A DNA stretch of 43,024 bases from Prorocentrum cordatum. Lineage: Eukaryota. The notes beneath the pieces were generated by a model. It was not told where the DNA came from. It searched no databases and saw nothing but the letters and a program-made list of their open reading frames with translations. The translations under genes and the position numbers were made by a program. Position 1 is the stretch's first letter. Every line of letters begins with the position of its first letter. This document shows positions 22,350-34,309 of the stretch, one piece after another. The stretch lies in contig CAUYUJ010000270.1 of the NCBI GenBank assembly GCA_963575745.1, forward strand, positions 620,001 to 663,024, written 5' to 3'.

Positions 22350-22590
22350 CAAGAACTTCACGGATGGGTGGCGGGTGAAATGAAACATGTTGCTCTCGCA
22401 GTAGCGCCGCGCACATTCGTCTTAAAAGGTCGCAAGAACTTCCAGGCTGGATGCAGGGTGATGTTCAAAATGTTGCTACCCCTGTAGCGCAGCGCACAGT
22501 CGTTAAAACATGCAAGAGATTCACTGATGGAGGGCGGTACCTCTTCAACATGTGGGTCTCGCCTTAGCCCCGCGCACAGCCGTCCCAAGA
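22350..22590. repeat. Degenerate ~80-bp tandem repeat, 3 copies
   Basis: CAAGA...GATG...ATGT...TAGC...GCGCACA units start at 22350, 22433 and 22513. Confidence 0.55.
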
Positions 22591-23189
22591 GTTTACAACA
22601 CATTCAGGCAGTCCTACAGCTGACGTCCCAGGAATTGCTTTTGGGAGCGATCTAGGACTGTCAGGGCGTGACAGTCACGTTAATTCGCGATGTTGAAGTC
22701 CAAGGTATGATGTTCTGGCACGAATCAGGATCGTAAGGACGCAACAGTAACGTTGGTTCGCGGCGTTTGAATCCCAGGAAAAATGTTCTGGCACAGTTCA
22801 GGATGTCCAAACGGTTGTCCTCCAACGGGGGATTTCCCTCTGAAAAAAAACCTCGTAAGGGGCCAATGCTGAGGGAATTCGGAGGGAAAGGTTATTGCAA
22901 CATCGCTGGTGGGTCTTGAGTTTGCACTGGACCTCCTTCTCCTCGCGTATTTCATCTCCTCGCTCTCCGCCTCCACAAATGTTCCTCCCTCTGCTCCCCT
23001 CCTCGTCATCCTCCTCCTCTCCTCCCACCTCCTCAAGCAACATGGGCTTGAGATTTGTTTGGCAGGGAGCCCGAGTCCGTCCCACCTCCACGTGGTACTT
23101 GAGGGGCACGCAGCCAGTGTCCATCCTTCGTCACATTGTTGTGTTGGCTGAGAGGACGGAATGGGAGGCAGCAAGGAAGCAAATGACAA

Positions 23190-26170
23190 GTCTGGTGTAG
23201 CCGCAATGTCGCAGGGGAGTTAAGTTTGGACCAAGTGCGAGAAGTGTGGCGCATGTGATTGGAACAATATTCTAGAGGCGCGGTGGCAGAAGTGCAACTG
23301 CGGGGCTCATGGTCGTTTGTTCCCTCCGTCAATCAAGGAGGGTCAGAACCAACCAACCTGCAGGTGGGTCAGCCCCATTCGCAGCAGGCCCCTCTCACAT
23401 TCTAGAGCAGGCTCTTCAGGTGGTGGCGGGATCCTCGCAGAAAATTGGTTACGACATCAACAAATCAACTATATGAAGCCGGCGTCTACATCCCCAGCGA
23501 GTCTGACCCAAGAGAAGGCCATACGACAGAGGGTGGCAGCGGTCAGGGACACCAACTACAAACACGACCAGGTCGTCAACACGATTGTCAAATTGACGCA
23601 GCAGTACAGAAAGCAGAAGAGAAGGAGCGCCTTGCAGCCATCACTTGCGCCGAGAACGCCAAGAAGATAGCAGCCAGAGCTCGCAGTGCAAGAGAGCCTA
23701 GCAGTTTCACAAGATTCTCGAGGCGCAGAGGTGGCAGTACTAACAGTGGCGGAGCAGGGCAGCAGCAATCGAGTGAGGAGATGCTGTTCAACCTGTCGTG
23801 GGACGAGGGCTTCTTCAGCACCGTTGGCGAGAATGTGGAGCCCGAGGAGAACGAGCGCGCTGAGTTCAAGAAAGTGCATTGGGGTTTGGTCAAGGTCAAA
23901 GCATCCATCGACAGGAAGTCGAACGTAGTCCAGCGCACGTTCGACAAGAAGAAGCAGATTTAAGAGGCGCTTCTGCAGAAGCGGCTCAACTAGAAGCGCA
24001 AGGTCACCACCGACGGCGCGCAGGGCGTAGGCGCGGCTGCAGGTGGTGGCGCGGGTGGTGCGTCAAATGCGGCTGCAACGGGCAATGGCAATAGTGGCGA
24101 CAGTACTGGTGAGGCTGCCGTCCGCGTCGAAGCAGAGCGACTAAGCGCAGCCAACTTGCAGGCGCCGACAGCAGCAGAGGCGGCGGCAGCGGCGGCCGTG
24201 CGCGGGCAGTGGGCCGTCGCCAGCGTATTCGGCTACCAAGTCTGCTTCGATTTCGCCCTCTGGTGAGCCACCGCCAGCAACGTGAGTCTTCGGTTGAGCA
24301 ATAACCCGAGGGAGCTCGTAAGGTGCGTCCCAATATGTTATTTCAACCAGGCGCGACCGTCCTGGCGAGAGGTCTGTCGAGCGCGAATGTGAGCCGGGAG
24401 GCATTCTTCCTTCAGTCCCGCAGGGATTCTTGTCGGGTCGGATCACCAGCCGAGCGTCCTGATGTTAGCGTGTCATCGTGTAGCACGTTTGCTGGGTTCC
24501 TTCCCATTCTAGTTGATATACAGGGTTACGCTGTGGCCATCGTGTTATGGGTGTGCTCCCAAGGGTTCACTGGAGAGAGCGCGCGTATGACAGTAGGGCT
24601 CGAAACGGTTCGCAACGCTCTTGAAATCCCATGGGCTACGTTAGCGGATTTCAGCGATTCCCCGCAGCAGCTTTCCCGGAGTCGGCTTTCTGAACGTATG
24701 AATGGCTTGGTGCGCCAAGCCGCTCTAGAGCACGCTTGCGCCACTGGGTCAGGGAGCTCGCACATCGACCATGTTGTTCTTAGTCAGGCCGCCCAGGGGC
24801 ACTTCAGAGGATTCTCGGCCGTGCTCGACGTCCCTTGGCGGACTCACTGCGAGGTAGTGCTTAACTCTGGCAGGGGAAGGCAGACAGTTGCTCGCCAGGA
24901 GCCCCGTCGCCAGGTCCCCAGACCAACCCCACAGCCAGTGCCAGGCAGCAAGCCGAGTCAGACCAAGGCCAAGCGGGCTCAGGTCAAGCAGCAGGCTGAG
25001 AGTAAGTTCAAGCAATCGTGATAGACAGCCTTCGGCGATTTATTGAGCGTGGCCGCTTAGACACCAGAGGGAGACGGCACTTTGGACGAAGGCTCCCCGC
25101 CACCGAGTCATGAAGCGTCTAGAGATGCTGACAGGCTCTGGTCGGAGGGTTCAGAGTGTCTCCTGGAACCTGAGTCGACTGAGTTCGTCAAAGTTGCCTG
25201 AAGCCCAATCATCCACCCCATTGTTGGACCTCCCAGATGTGGCTTCCCTGTCCTCCACGCTGGACCTTTTTTCGCCTGGGGCTGACCCAGGAGTAGCGTT
25301 ACCAGTAGGAGTACCTAAACAATGATTAGATTGCTGGATTCGGCACCTGCGTATTCGGGCCGGGATTGCAAGGATGGGTTAAGGTTGGTCAGACGTCTCG
25401 GAGCATTGCGTTGAACCAACTCTCGAAGCACATGAAGGGACCAACGGCAGCCACAAGTTCGCACCTTCTTCGAGCAGCATGGAACCCTGCATCTCCCTCA
25501 GAATGGCACGGACCAGCGTCGCTTTCGGGAGATCCGTTTTTCGAGTGGCAGTGTAACTCAGACGGGCTGGCGGATGCGTCTGAAGCCCAAGACCTAGTTA
25601 CTCGGGACATGGGGAGGATTCAATGGCAGGAGGCATTCAAACACTCTGTGACTCAGGTCTGGGGTGGGGTGGATAACGTGTCTCTGCGTCGACTCCTTGA
25701 GAAGTTCGAGCGTGTGCAAAGAGGCCGTAAGTTGGCCGCAATGCTTCTCAGCATAGCCGTCGGGGAGTCTTGGGTCCAAGACAGGAAGTGTGGGCTCGGC
25801 CGTGGTTCATCGGACTTGTGTCCGCGTTGTTTGGAGAAGGCTGGGACTCCGTTACACCATAATTGGACCTGCGAATGCAATCAGGGGCATCATATTAGTA
25901 ATCAAACTGACGAGATGTTACCACCTGCCATTGCTAAGGAGGACGCCGAATTCTGATTATGGTATGGGGCTTATTGCCAGCAGGGTGGACGCAGATTGAT
26001 GACCCCTGCAAGAGGAGTAGTGAGGATTTTCTAGGACCGTTCGCTACAATCTGGAAGCAGGCGCGTTCGGCAAAGGCTCTGAGATGAATCCGCTGCCAAT
26101 ATTCGGGGATGCTCCAAGGCAAGGACGGTTCAGAATCCAGGCTTAGGCGGTCTGATTTAGCCATCGGACT
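23190..26170 (+). mobile_element. Non-LTR (LINE) retrotransposon, 5' part: ORF1, AP endonuclease, RT mostly deleted, zf-RVT, start of RNase H
   Basis: ORF1 WTKCEKC...W...KCNCG (~23230-23305); endonuclease IPWATLADFS, GSSHIDHVVLS and VPWRTH (24600-24860); CPRC...TPLHHNWTC (25815-25880); GKDGSESRLRRS (~26120-26155). Confidence 0.75.
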
Positions 26171-28680
26171 TGCCGTTTCCCTCTGACCTTTTATCTTGGG
26201 ACCCGTGGTCGCACCGGCACCCCGCGTGTTTAAGTCATTCGTTTTCGGTTTGGTTTGGTTTCAAGGGATTCGGGGTGGACCGTTTAAGTCAGCCGTGCCT
26301 TCCCGCATCTCCACTTCCCTACCTCATCAATTTCTTTCTCCTCATCCTCCGTCTCTGCGTTCGTCTGCGGGGGGGACCACCGATTCCGCTTTGTGGACGA
26401 AGTAACATGCACTTCTCAAGTTGGCGGCGGGCAGCCAAAAAACGCAAAGACCAACCAACAAAACCCACAGGACACTGAAGTGCTGGAGGCTGGAACCCTG
26501 GGAAAAATTGGGAACACACACAAAAATGCGTTCCCCCCTGACGACGTTCCTTTGGAATCTGGGTTGGTTGGTTGTTTTCGGTTTGTTCCCACTGTTCTTC
26601 CAGCACTTCAGTTTCGTTGCTTTTCGTGCACTCCTGGGGGTGTTCCCAATGTTCTGGCACTCCTCTAGAAGGAGGAGCAGGAAGAAGAAGAAGAAGAAGA
26701 AGAAGGGAGAGAGATGGAGGAAACGGAGTGGGAGGAGGAGGATGGGGGAGGAGGACGAGGAGGAGCAGATAGCAATGCGAGCATGAGCGCACATATGGCA
26801 GGAGGGGGCATCTAAAAATGGATGCCCCGTCTGCCATATGCGGAACAGCCCGCTAACAGTCAAATGGTGCTGCTGACACGTGCCTCCTCCTTCGTCCGCG
26901 GGGCCACAGCACGGGGCACCAGGAGGCACGGGAGGACAACGCGGGACAAGGCGGGGGACTCGATGATGCTGGAGGCGATCGCAGGGAGAGCGGTATGAGG
27001 CAGAAAAGAATGGGCCCAAGAGGCGGATTACGTGCAGGAAGATGAGGGGGTGGATGAGAATAGCGGGGCGGGACGGATGAGGATGATGCCGGGACTGCGG
27101 CAGACAATCTGTATGATTAGGAAACGGAAGATGGTGAGGATGATGGCGATGTGGAAAACTATACATATGGCGATGAGTAACCTTTACATCTCCTAATCAC
27201 CGCTATCGTCATGATCCCATCGCTCCTTCCTCCTCCTGGTCCTCCTCCCCCTCAAGTAACTCATATTCTTCCTCCTCCTATCCCACACTTGAAAGGAGAA
27301 CGAATGAGTGATAGGATGAGGGGGAAAAGGAGGGAGAGAAGGCGTGATATGAAGAAAACGAGGAGTGTGATGATGACGAGAGCGTTCAGTAAGCGCGCCG
27401 TCTCCTGATACTGCTCCTGCCAGCCCTCGTACTCATCAGCACCCTTCTGTTTGTATCATTCCTGTTCATCCTCGCCGTCCTCGCCATACCTCTCCTACAG
27501 GGGGAGGGGGGAGGGGGAGAAGACAAGAGGAGGAGAACGATGAGGAAGATGAGGGGGAGTGGCCCTTCAAGCACTTCCCCATGGTCCTCCTCATAATCCG
27601 CCTCCTCTGGCAACTTCTCATCCCCCCTCTCACCCCTGTGAGTATTCTCCCTCCGTTTCCTCCCTCCTCCTCCGCCTCTTATGTGAAAGGTATGAGGAGG
27701 GCGCGGAGCATGACTGATAGAAGGAGGAGGACGAGGAGGAGGACTGTTGGGAGCAAGAGGATGAGCAGGATGAGGAGGCGGAGAGGGTGCTGCTTATGGG
27801 CAGGATGTGGATGACGATGAGGAAGAGGAAATGAACAGCACCGAGCACGGAGTAGAGCCGAAAGCACCACATGCCCATCCAGTCTGGCGCCATGCAGCAG
27901 ATGAGTGGGCAGAGGATGCGGGTGAGGTGTAGGAGTAGGCGAACTAAGACAATGAGGAGGATAACTCGGAAGCTGGCGAGGGGGAGTGGTAAAAGGAGCA
28001 TCAGGAGACGTACGATGAGGAGAATGAGGAGGAGGGGGAGGAGGATGACGACAGTGTGGTGGACACTTGGCAGGGTGAGGGTAATCAAGATATTCGTGGG
28101 GAGGAGGAGGAGGAGGAGGAGGAGGAGGAGGAGGAAGGAAACGATGATGTGGAAGAAACATGAAACTAATCTTCATTATCACCATCGTCGTGATCCCACC
28201 ACCACCACCACCCTTCCTCATGATCATCCGTGTTATCCTCTTCACATGTGGAAAAAAAAAGGAGGGGAACCAACACTAGAATGAGGAGGGGCGTCGAGGA
28301 GGAGTGCTTGGAGGAGCAGCAGGACATGTAGGATTAAGACAAGGAGGAGGAGGAGGCGGAGGAGGAGGAGGAGGAGGGGAAAGTGATAATACTGTGGCGG
28401 ATAATATATAGCATGAAGAATTACAACTCATCACCCCTCAACTGAACGTGGCGGCGCGCCAGGCCAATGTGCGCCCGTACCCGAGAGCCCGAGATAGTAA
28501 GCGTCATCGGCGACGTCATCCTCTGCATCACCGAGAGCCCCAAACATCGTCATCATCGATGCCATCATCCTCGGCAATCGGACAAACTTCATAACGCGGG
28601 GTGCAGTAATGCCCCCCATCCTGGTGCTGGGACCTTTGGCGGTGAGGAAGCAGGCGGTCGTTCGGGAAACATGTAGGATT
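26170..28680. repeat. Purine-/(GAG/GAT)-rich low-complexity segment interrupting the LINE
   Basis: Runs of GAGGAG/GATGAG/CCTCCT with no coherent ORF, lying between two halves of the LINE RNase H. Confidence 0.55.
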
Positions 28681-29420
28681 GCCAACAACGGCGAAGCAGT
28701 TAGCGGTCGGCATGCGCGTATGTTTCTCCATCATGTGGTGAGCAATCGGAGTTGTGGAGAACCATCGGCACCATTCTGAAATAGAGCTGTCGTTCGCATA
28801 GTCAGATCGTGGTGTTGAAAATCCAGTCCCTCATTGGCATGTTGGTGGATTGTGGGGAACCGTGCAGTCGACAAGTTAGCTGACTTGGTGGCTGAAGAAG
28901 CACGGTTACTAGCTGATTGGAGGTTCCAAAATTTTGGATGTCGAAAGGAAGGTGGCTTTGGGCCCGAAACTTTTAATGAGATCGTCGTTGGAGGCTACGG
29001 CTGCAAGCTTATGCCTCGCCAGGAAGGGACAACAATATAAGCCCTCGTCCTGCAACGCTCTCGCTGCTGTTGTGCCTTCGCCACCTTCTTCAGGCCCCTT
29101 GCCCGCAGGGGCTGGGTCACCTGCTCCATCGGTAGAGCCATGCTTCAGTCCGCCCGTTCTCTGTCCGAGGAAGGCCTGCGATGCCAGGTGTACAGGACTT
29201 CGGCTTTCGCGGCCACTCGCACGGAGCGGTTGTCAACCCCGTGCTCTACACGGGAGGCGGCTGGGGGGCAGGGATTGTTTAGACCACCTCGGTCCCATGG
29301 GACCCAGCAGATTCGATCGTTGGCCTCTGCATGTGACCCCTGCGAAGTCGCTAAGCAGCGGCGCGAGTGCATCGACAGATTTTGCCGTGGGCTTCGACCC
29401 AAGGCGGATGTTGTTGCCAC
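28680..29420 (+). mobile_element. LINE 3' part: RNase H C-terminal half and Cys-rich tail (degenerate)
   Basis: GEQSELWRTI, IVVLKIQS and IVGNRAVDKLADLVAEEA correspond to the RNase H NxDLW, VxKVxSH and GNxxADxLA motifs. Confidence 0.6.
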
Positions 29421-29899
29421 CTAAGATCGAGGATCGAGGGTGGATAATCGGGGATCGAAGTCTCTGAACGTGTTCGTCCTTCCGGAAGGCTTCTTGTCGC
29501 CATGGCCAGATCCGACCCGAAATCCTGGCCCGTGGTTGATGTGGGACAGGGGCAGCAGCCGCCCATGGCCGTGCTGAGCAGTTCGTGTCTGGCCGGGACA
29601 ACGACCACCGAACGCCTGGGTGCGCCAAGCTCGCTGTGCGTCTGGCCGCGAGCCGTGGGGACACGGCAACGGACGTGCCGAAGTGGCGGCGGCGGTGCGG
29701 GAGTGGCAGCGGCGACACAGGTTCTCAGAATCGCGGCGCGGCCCGCCAATGCGGAGCGGGGGTAAGCACAACGAAGTCAACCGTTATTGACGAGAGGAAC
29801 ACCCACACAGGGGTATTCCTCCTCCTCTTCCTCCGACACGCAATGCGGTAGCCTGAGCGGGGTGTGATTCGGCCGGCGGCCTCACCTGAACAAAAACAC

Positions 29900-30400
29900 C
29901 CCCTCCTCCTCCTCCCGCTCCTCCTCCTCCTCCTCCTCCTCCTCATCCTCCTCCTCCTCCTCGGCATCCTCCTCCATCTCTCACTCTTCCACCCCCTGAT
30001 CATCCTCCGCATCCTCCTTCTCCTAAACCTCCTCCTCCTCCTCCTGTTCCTCCTCCTCCTGCTCCTCCGCCTGCTGCTGCTCATCGTCCTCCTCCTTCTC
30101 CTCCTCCTCATCATCATCAGCACCCTCATGCTACTTTGCAGACTGATATGTCTCAGCACAATCACCATCGCAGCCAACATCATGAGCAACATAATCCGTA
30201 TCGTCGACATCATCACCATCATCATGAACACCACCATCATCATCATCGTCCTCACCATCATCATCAACAACGTCAGCATCATCAGTATTATCAATATCAC
30301 CATCATACTCGTCATCGTCATCATCATAACCACCATCAACAGCACCATCAGTATCATCACCATCATCCGCAACAGCGTCATCATCATCCATCATTACCCA
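29900..30400. repeat. (CCT)n then degenerate (CAT)n microsatellite
   Basis: Visible trinucleotide runs. Confidence 0.95.
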
Positions 30401-30572
30401 ACTTAAGCCCAACAGGGTTCAAATCATCAGGTAGTACTGGTCGTAAGGTCGGGGTCCATAGTAGCGGATCCAAGGACATGGCGGAAAGTGAAGGTGATAA
30501 GGTCCGTTAAGCAATGTGGAAGGGAAAATGTGTTGTACATTCGATACGCGCGCGGGGCACGCGCGCGGCCTT

Positions 30573-30595
30573 CTTTCAATCCGAAATAGCTATGG
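30573..30595 (-). other. Orphan spliced-leader relic
   Basis: Minus strand CCATAGCTATTTCGGATTGAAAG resembles DinoSL; no convincing ORF follows. Confidence 0.4.
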
Positions 30596-31714
30596 TCAAC
30601 TATCAGTACATGCAAGGTTTGATATGTACATGAACGGCGGCAGGGAGCGCATGGCAACGACTCCCCCCGCGGCGGCCCGGCCGCAGCGGCCGGCCAGGGC
30701 CGACGAAGCACCATCGGGACCCTACGTTCCCGACGGCGCCGAATCAAGGCGGGCGCGGGCGCGGGGCTCTCACAGCCGCCAGCAGCCCCGCCAGCCACGT
30801 GGTGTGCACCATTCGGCCCCGAGAGTGTCAGATGTGCATGGGCGCGAGGCTCTCACAGCCGCCAGCTGCCCCGCCTGGCACTTGTGGTACACCGTGCGGC
30901 CATGGGCCGGGAATGCGTGCACCGGCCTAGCCTCCAGAGCGCCATGGGCGCATGGGCGTCTGGAGATTACCAGTGCCATCCGCCGTCGCGGCGCCATTGG
31001 TCTCGGCCGTCGTAGCGGCGATCCGCCCAGCTGTCGCAACCGCCCTTGCCACGGTTATCTTTGCCCGGTCCTTTGCTTCCGGCGCGGCTGGGGGCGCCCC
31101 TCCACGCACTCCAGGCGCGGTCGATGGGGGTCGGCTTTGCCCCCGTTCGCGCTATGGGCGGTGAGCGGACTCAGGAACCTGCTGGGGAGATGACGACGCG
31201 GCGCCACTTTGCTCTGACTGGCGGATGTCGGTCTAGCGGCGCGGACGCACCGAGGGAGGGGAAGCTGTGCGACAGGCCCCCTTCTCTCGGGGTCGTTTGC
31301 CCTCCCCCATTCCCGCAGCTTCTGGAGGCGGCGGGGCAGCGCCGCTCGACGCGCTGCCCCTGCCGTCAGTCGCGCGCGGGAACGCAGCCGCCTGAAACGC
31401 AGCCGCTCTGTCCCCTGATATAGACGAGGGGCTGAGCGGGCGCTCGCGGCTGACGGAACGGGCAGCCCTGGCGGTCGTCGCCGGGGGCTGGCGACGCCGT
31501 GCTTCATGAGCTTTTTGCACTTAGCTACTTACTAAATCGGTTATACCAGGCTACGTGTTATGTACTTATAACAACTTAACATAACTCCCGCTAAGTTCTA
31601 ACATTTTTGTATTTGCAAAAAGCTAACTCATCCTAAATCGAAGTTAAGTGTCGGAAGTTAAGCGTAAGGTTACTTGGAAACGCCGCGGCGAAAACTCACT
31701 GCAAGGCGCCAGAT

Positions 31715-31849
31715 ACACACGCACACACGCAAACGCACACACACACACACACGCACACACGCACACGCACACGCACACATACACGCACGCACACACGCAC
31801 ACGCACACACACATGCACACGCACACACACGCCCACACACACATACGCG

Positions 31850-31882
<33 letters not shown>

Positions 31883-32015
31883 ACGCACACGCACACGCAC
31901 ACGCACACGCACACGCACACGCACACGCACACGCACACGCACACGCACACGCACACGCACACGCACACGCACACGCACACGCACACGCACACGCACACGC
32001 ACACGCACACGCACA

Positions 32016-32047
<32 letters not shown>

Positions 32048-32095
32048 CACACAGACGCACACACACACACACACGCGCGCACACACACACGCACG
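31715..32095. repeat. (GCACAC)n/(CA)n microsatellite
   Basis: Long near-perfect hexamer run at ~31873-32020 flanked by CA repeats. Confidence 0.97.
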
Positions 32096-32440
32096 GAACA
32101 TAAGAAACGGTGAATGCGTGAGTGCGCGCGCGTGGAAGGCCAGAAAAGAACGCAGGATGGATTCCTCGAAGTACGGCGGAGATGAGGGCGAGAGCCCGGA
32201 CACGGAATGTAGGAAAATGTGAGTGCGCGCGTGCGTGCACGGACGGCCAAAAGGTCAGACCTAGAAGGCAGGAGGGATCGATGGGGCGGCGGAATTGAGG
32301 GCGAGAGCCCGAACACGGAATACAAGAACGTATGAGCGCGTGAGTGCGCGTGCGTGGAAGGCCACAAAATCTGACCTAGAAGGCAGGAGGGATCGAGGGG
32401 CGGCGGAACTGAGGGCGAGAGCCCGATCACAGAATACAGG
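32092..32440. repeat. ~110-bp tandem repeat, 3 copies
   Basis: Units CACGGAA...GTGAGTGCGCG...TGAGGGCGAGAGCCCG. Confidence 0.8.
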
Positions 32441-33180
32441 AAAAGGGGAACTTCGCCCCTCTCCTCCTCCCTCCTCCCCCCCCTGCTCCTCCCCCCATCC
32501 CCAGACCTCCGACGCTATGATATGTTCAAGCCAGCGTTTCGTCGATTCGGCCCTGGGGGCCGTTTGAAGGCTCTGGTACCATTTCCTCCTCTCCCATCCT
32601 TCTCCTCCTCCTTCTTATCCCCAGACCTCCGACGATGTGGCGTTTTCAATCGAATAGCGTTTCCTCCGACCACTTTTGTTTTGTTGTGCCGTGCCGTGCC
32701 GTGCCTTTCCGTTCGTGCCCTCCCCGCTCTCCTCCCCTCCTTGTCTTTTTCCTCCTCCTCTGCTTTGTTCCCCTCCCTCTCCTCCCCAATGTTCTCGATC
32801 TCTCCCCGTTCGAATCATTATCGGCCTACCCGATCATGTCTTCGAGCTCGGCGTCCGTGAAAACAGGCCTGGGTCTGAACATCGTGCGCCACCACATGCA
32901 TTCCTCATCGCCACCGACAGGAAAAACGTTGCATCCTAAATCTAACAACCGCGGGCCCGTTTCTACCGCGGGCCCGTTTCTGACGGCCCCGGGGCCCGAA
33001 AAAGGCCTCCAGGGGACCCGGGGAATGATTTGGTTTTCCCCCGTTGGAGCCCCTGCGACTCCAGGATTTCAAGTGCGATCCTCTTCTCCTGGGGGACTGG
33101 GGGTAGCCCTTTAGGCCCTGACTGCGCTGCCCCAGGGGGTTGGGGGCAGCAGCAGCGGAACGGCGGGCCGCGTTGGAGCG

Positions 33181-33840
33181 GAAGCCCCATGGGGCCATCG
33201 GCGGGGGGCGGAGGGGGCGGAAGCCCTACAGCCCCATAGGGCCAACGGCGGGGGGCGGAGGGGGCGGAAGCCCTAAAGCCCATATAGGGCCAGCGGCGGG
33301 GGGCGGAGGGGGCGGAAGCCCTTAAGCCCCATAGGGCCAGCGGCGGGGGGCGGAGGTGGCGGAAGCCCTCAAGCCCCATAGGGCCAGCGGCGGGGGGCGG
33401 AGGGGGCGGAAGCCCTAAAGCCCCATAGGGCCAGCGGCGGGGGGCGGAGGGGGCGGAAGCCCTCAAGCCCCATAGGGCCAACGGCGGGGGGCGGAGGGGG
33501 CGGAAGCCCTCGAGCCCCATAGGGCCAGCGGCGGGGGGCGGAGGGGGCGGAAGCCCTAAAGCCCCATAGGGCCAGCGGCGGGGGGCGGAGGGGGCGGAAA
33601 CCCTCAAGCCCCATAGGGCCAACGGCGGGGGGCGGATGGGGGCGGAAGCCCTCAAGCCCCATAGGGCCAGCGGCGGGGGGCGGAGGGGGCGGAAGCCCTA
33701 AAGCCCCATGGGGCCAGCGGCGGGGGGGGCGGAGGGGGCGGAAGCCCTAAAGCCCCTAGCTATGGGGCCAGCGGCGGGGGGCGGAAGGGGCGGAAGCCCT
33801 AAGGCCCCTACGGGGCCAGTGGCGGGGGGCGGAGGGGGCG
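33181..33840. repeat. 47-bp G-rich minisatellite, ~14 copies
   Basis: Unit GGGCCAGCGGCGGGGGGCGGAGGGGGCGGAAGCCCTAAAGCCCCATA. Confidence 0.97.
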
Positions 33841-34309
33841 GCCAACTCGTGCCGAGCATGAGCGGCTCGGCCCCCTCCCCCTCCATTCCCCCAATGGCGG
33901 GGGCAGGGAAACAACGGAGGGGGGGGGGTAGACAATGTTTGCGGCCGTGGGGGTGGGTTTCGGGGCTCATTCAGAGTTATTTACATCGTGCGCGTGAGCT
34001 GTGATGTAATTTGTTATTGTTAGAGTTCCTTGCTCTTATGGGAACGCTGACCGTGGGGGGGGAGGGGGATGGGGACCAAGGGGAGGATGATCTTGGTTTC
34101 AGCCTCGCTGGCACGGCGGGTTCGTTGTTTCGGAGATCCAAAGAGGGAGTGAAGGACTGCCCGCAGGAGGGGGAGGAGGAGGACGAGGAGGGTGATGAAA
34201 TCAGGAGCTGCCACTTGTCTCAATCGCGGCGTAGCCGTCGCTACAGCTCGCAGCAGCTGCAGATACAACTCCCAACATGCAGCTGTCGAGCCCCTGCCCC
34301 ACGAAGCAC

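Noticed and set aside
29725..30510. Hydrophobic Leu/Ile-rich 'membrane protein' ORFs
   Set aside because: They derive from (CCT)n/(CAT)n repeats.
31644..32430. Cys/His/Arg dipeptide ORFs
   Set aside because: They derive from the (GCACAC)n microsatellite.
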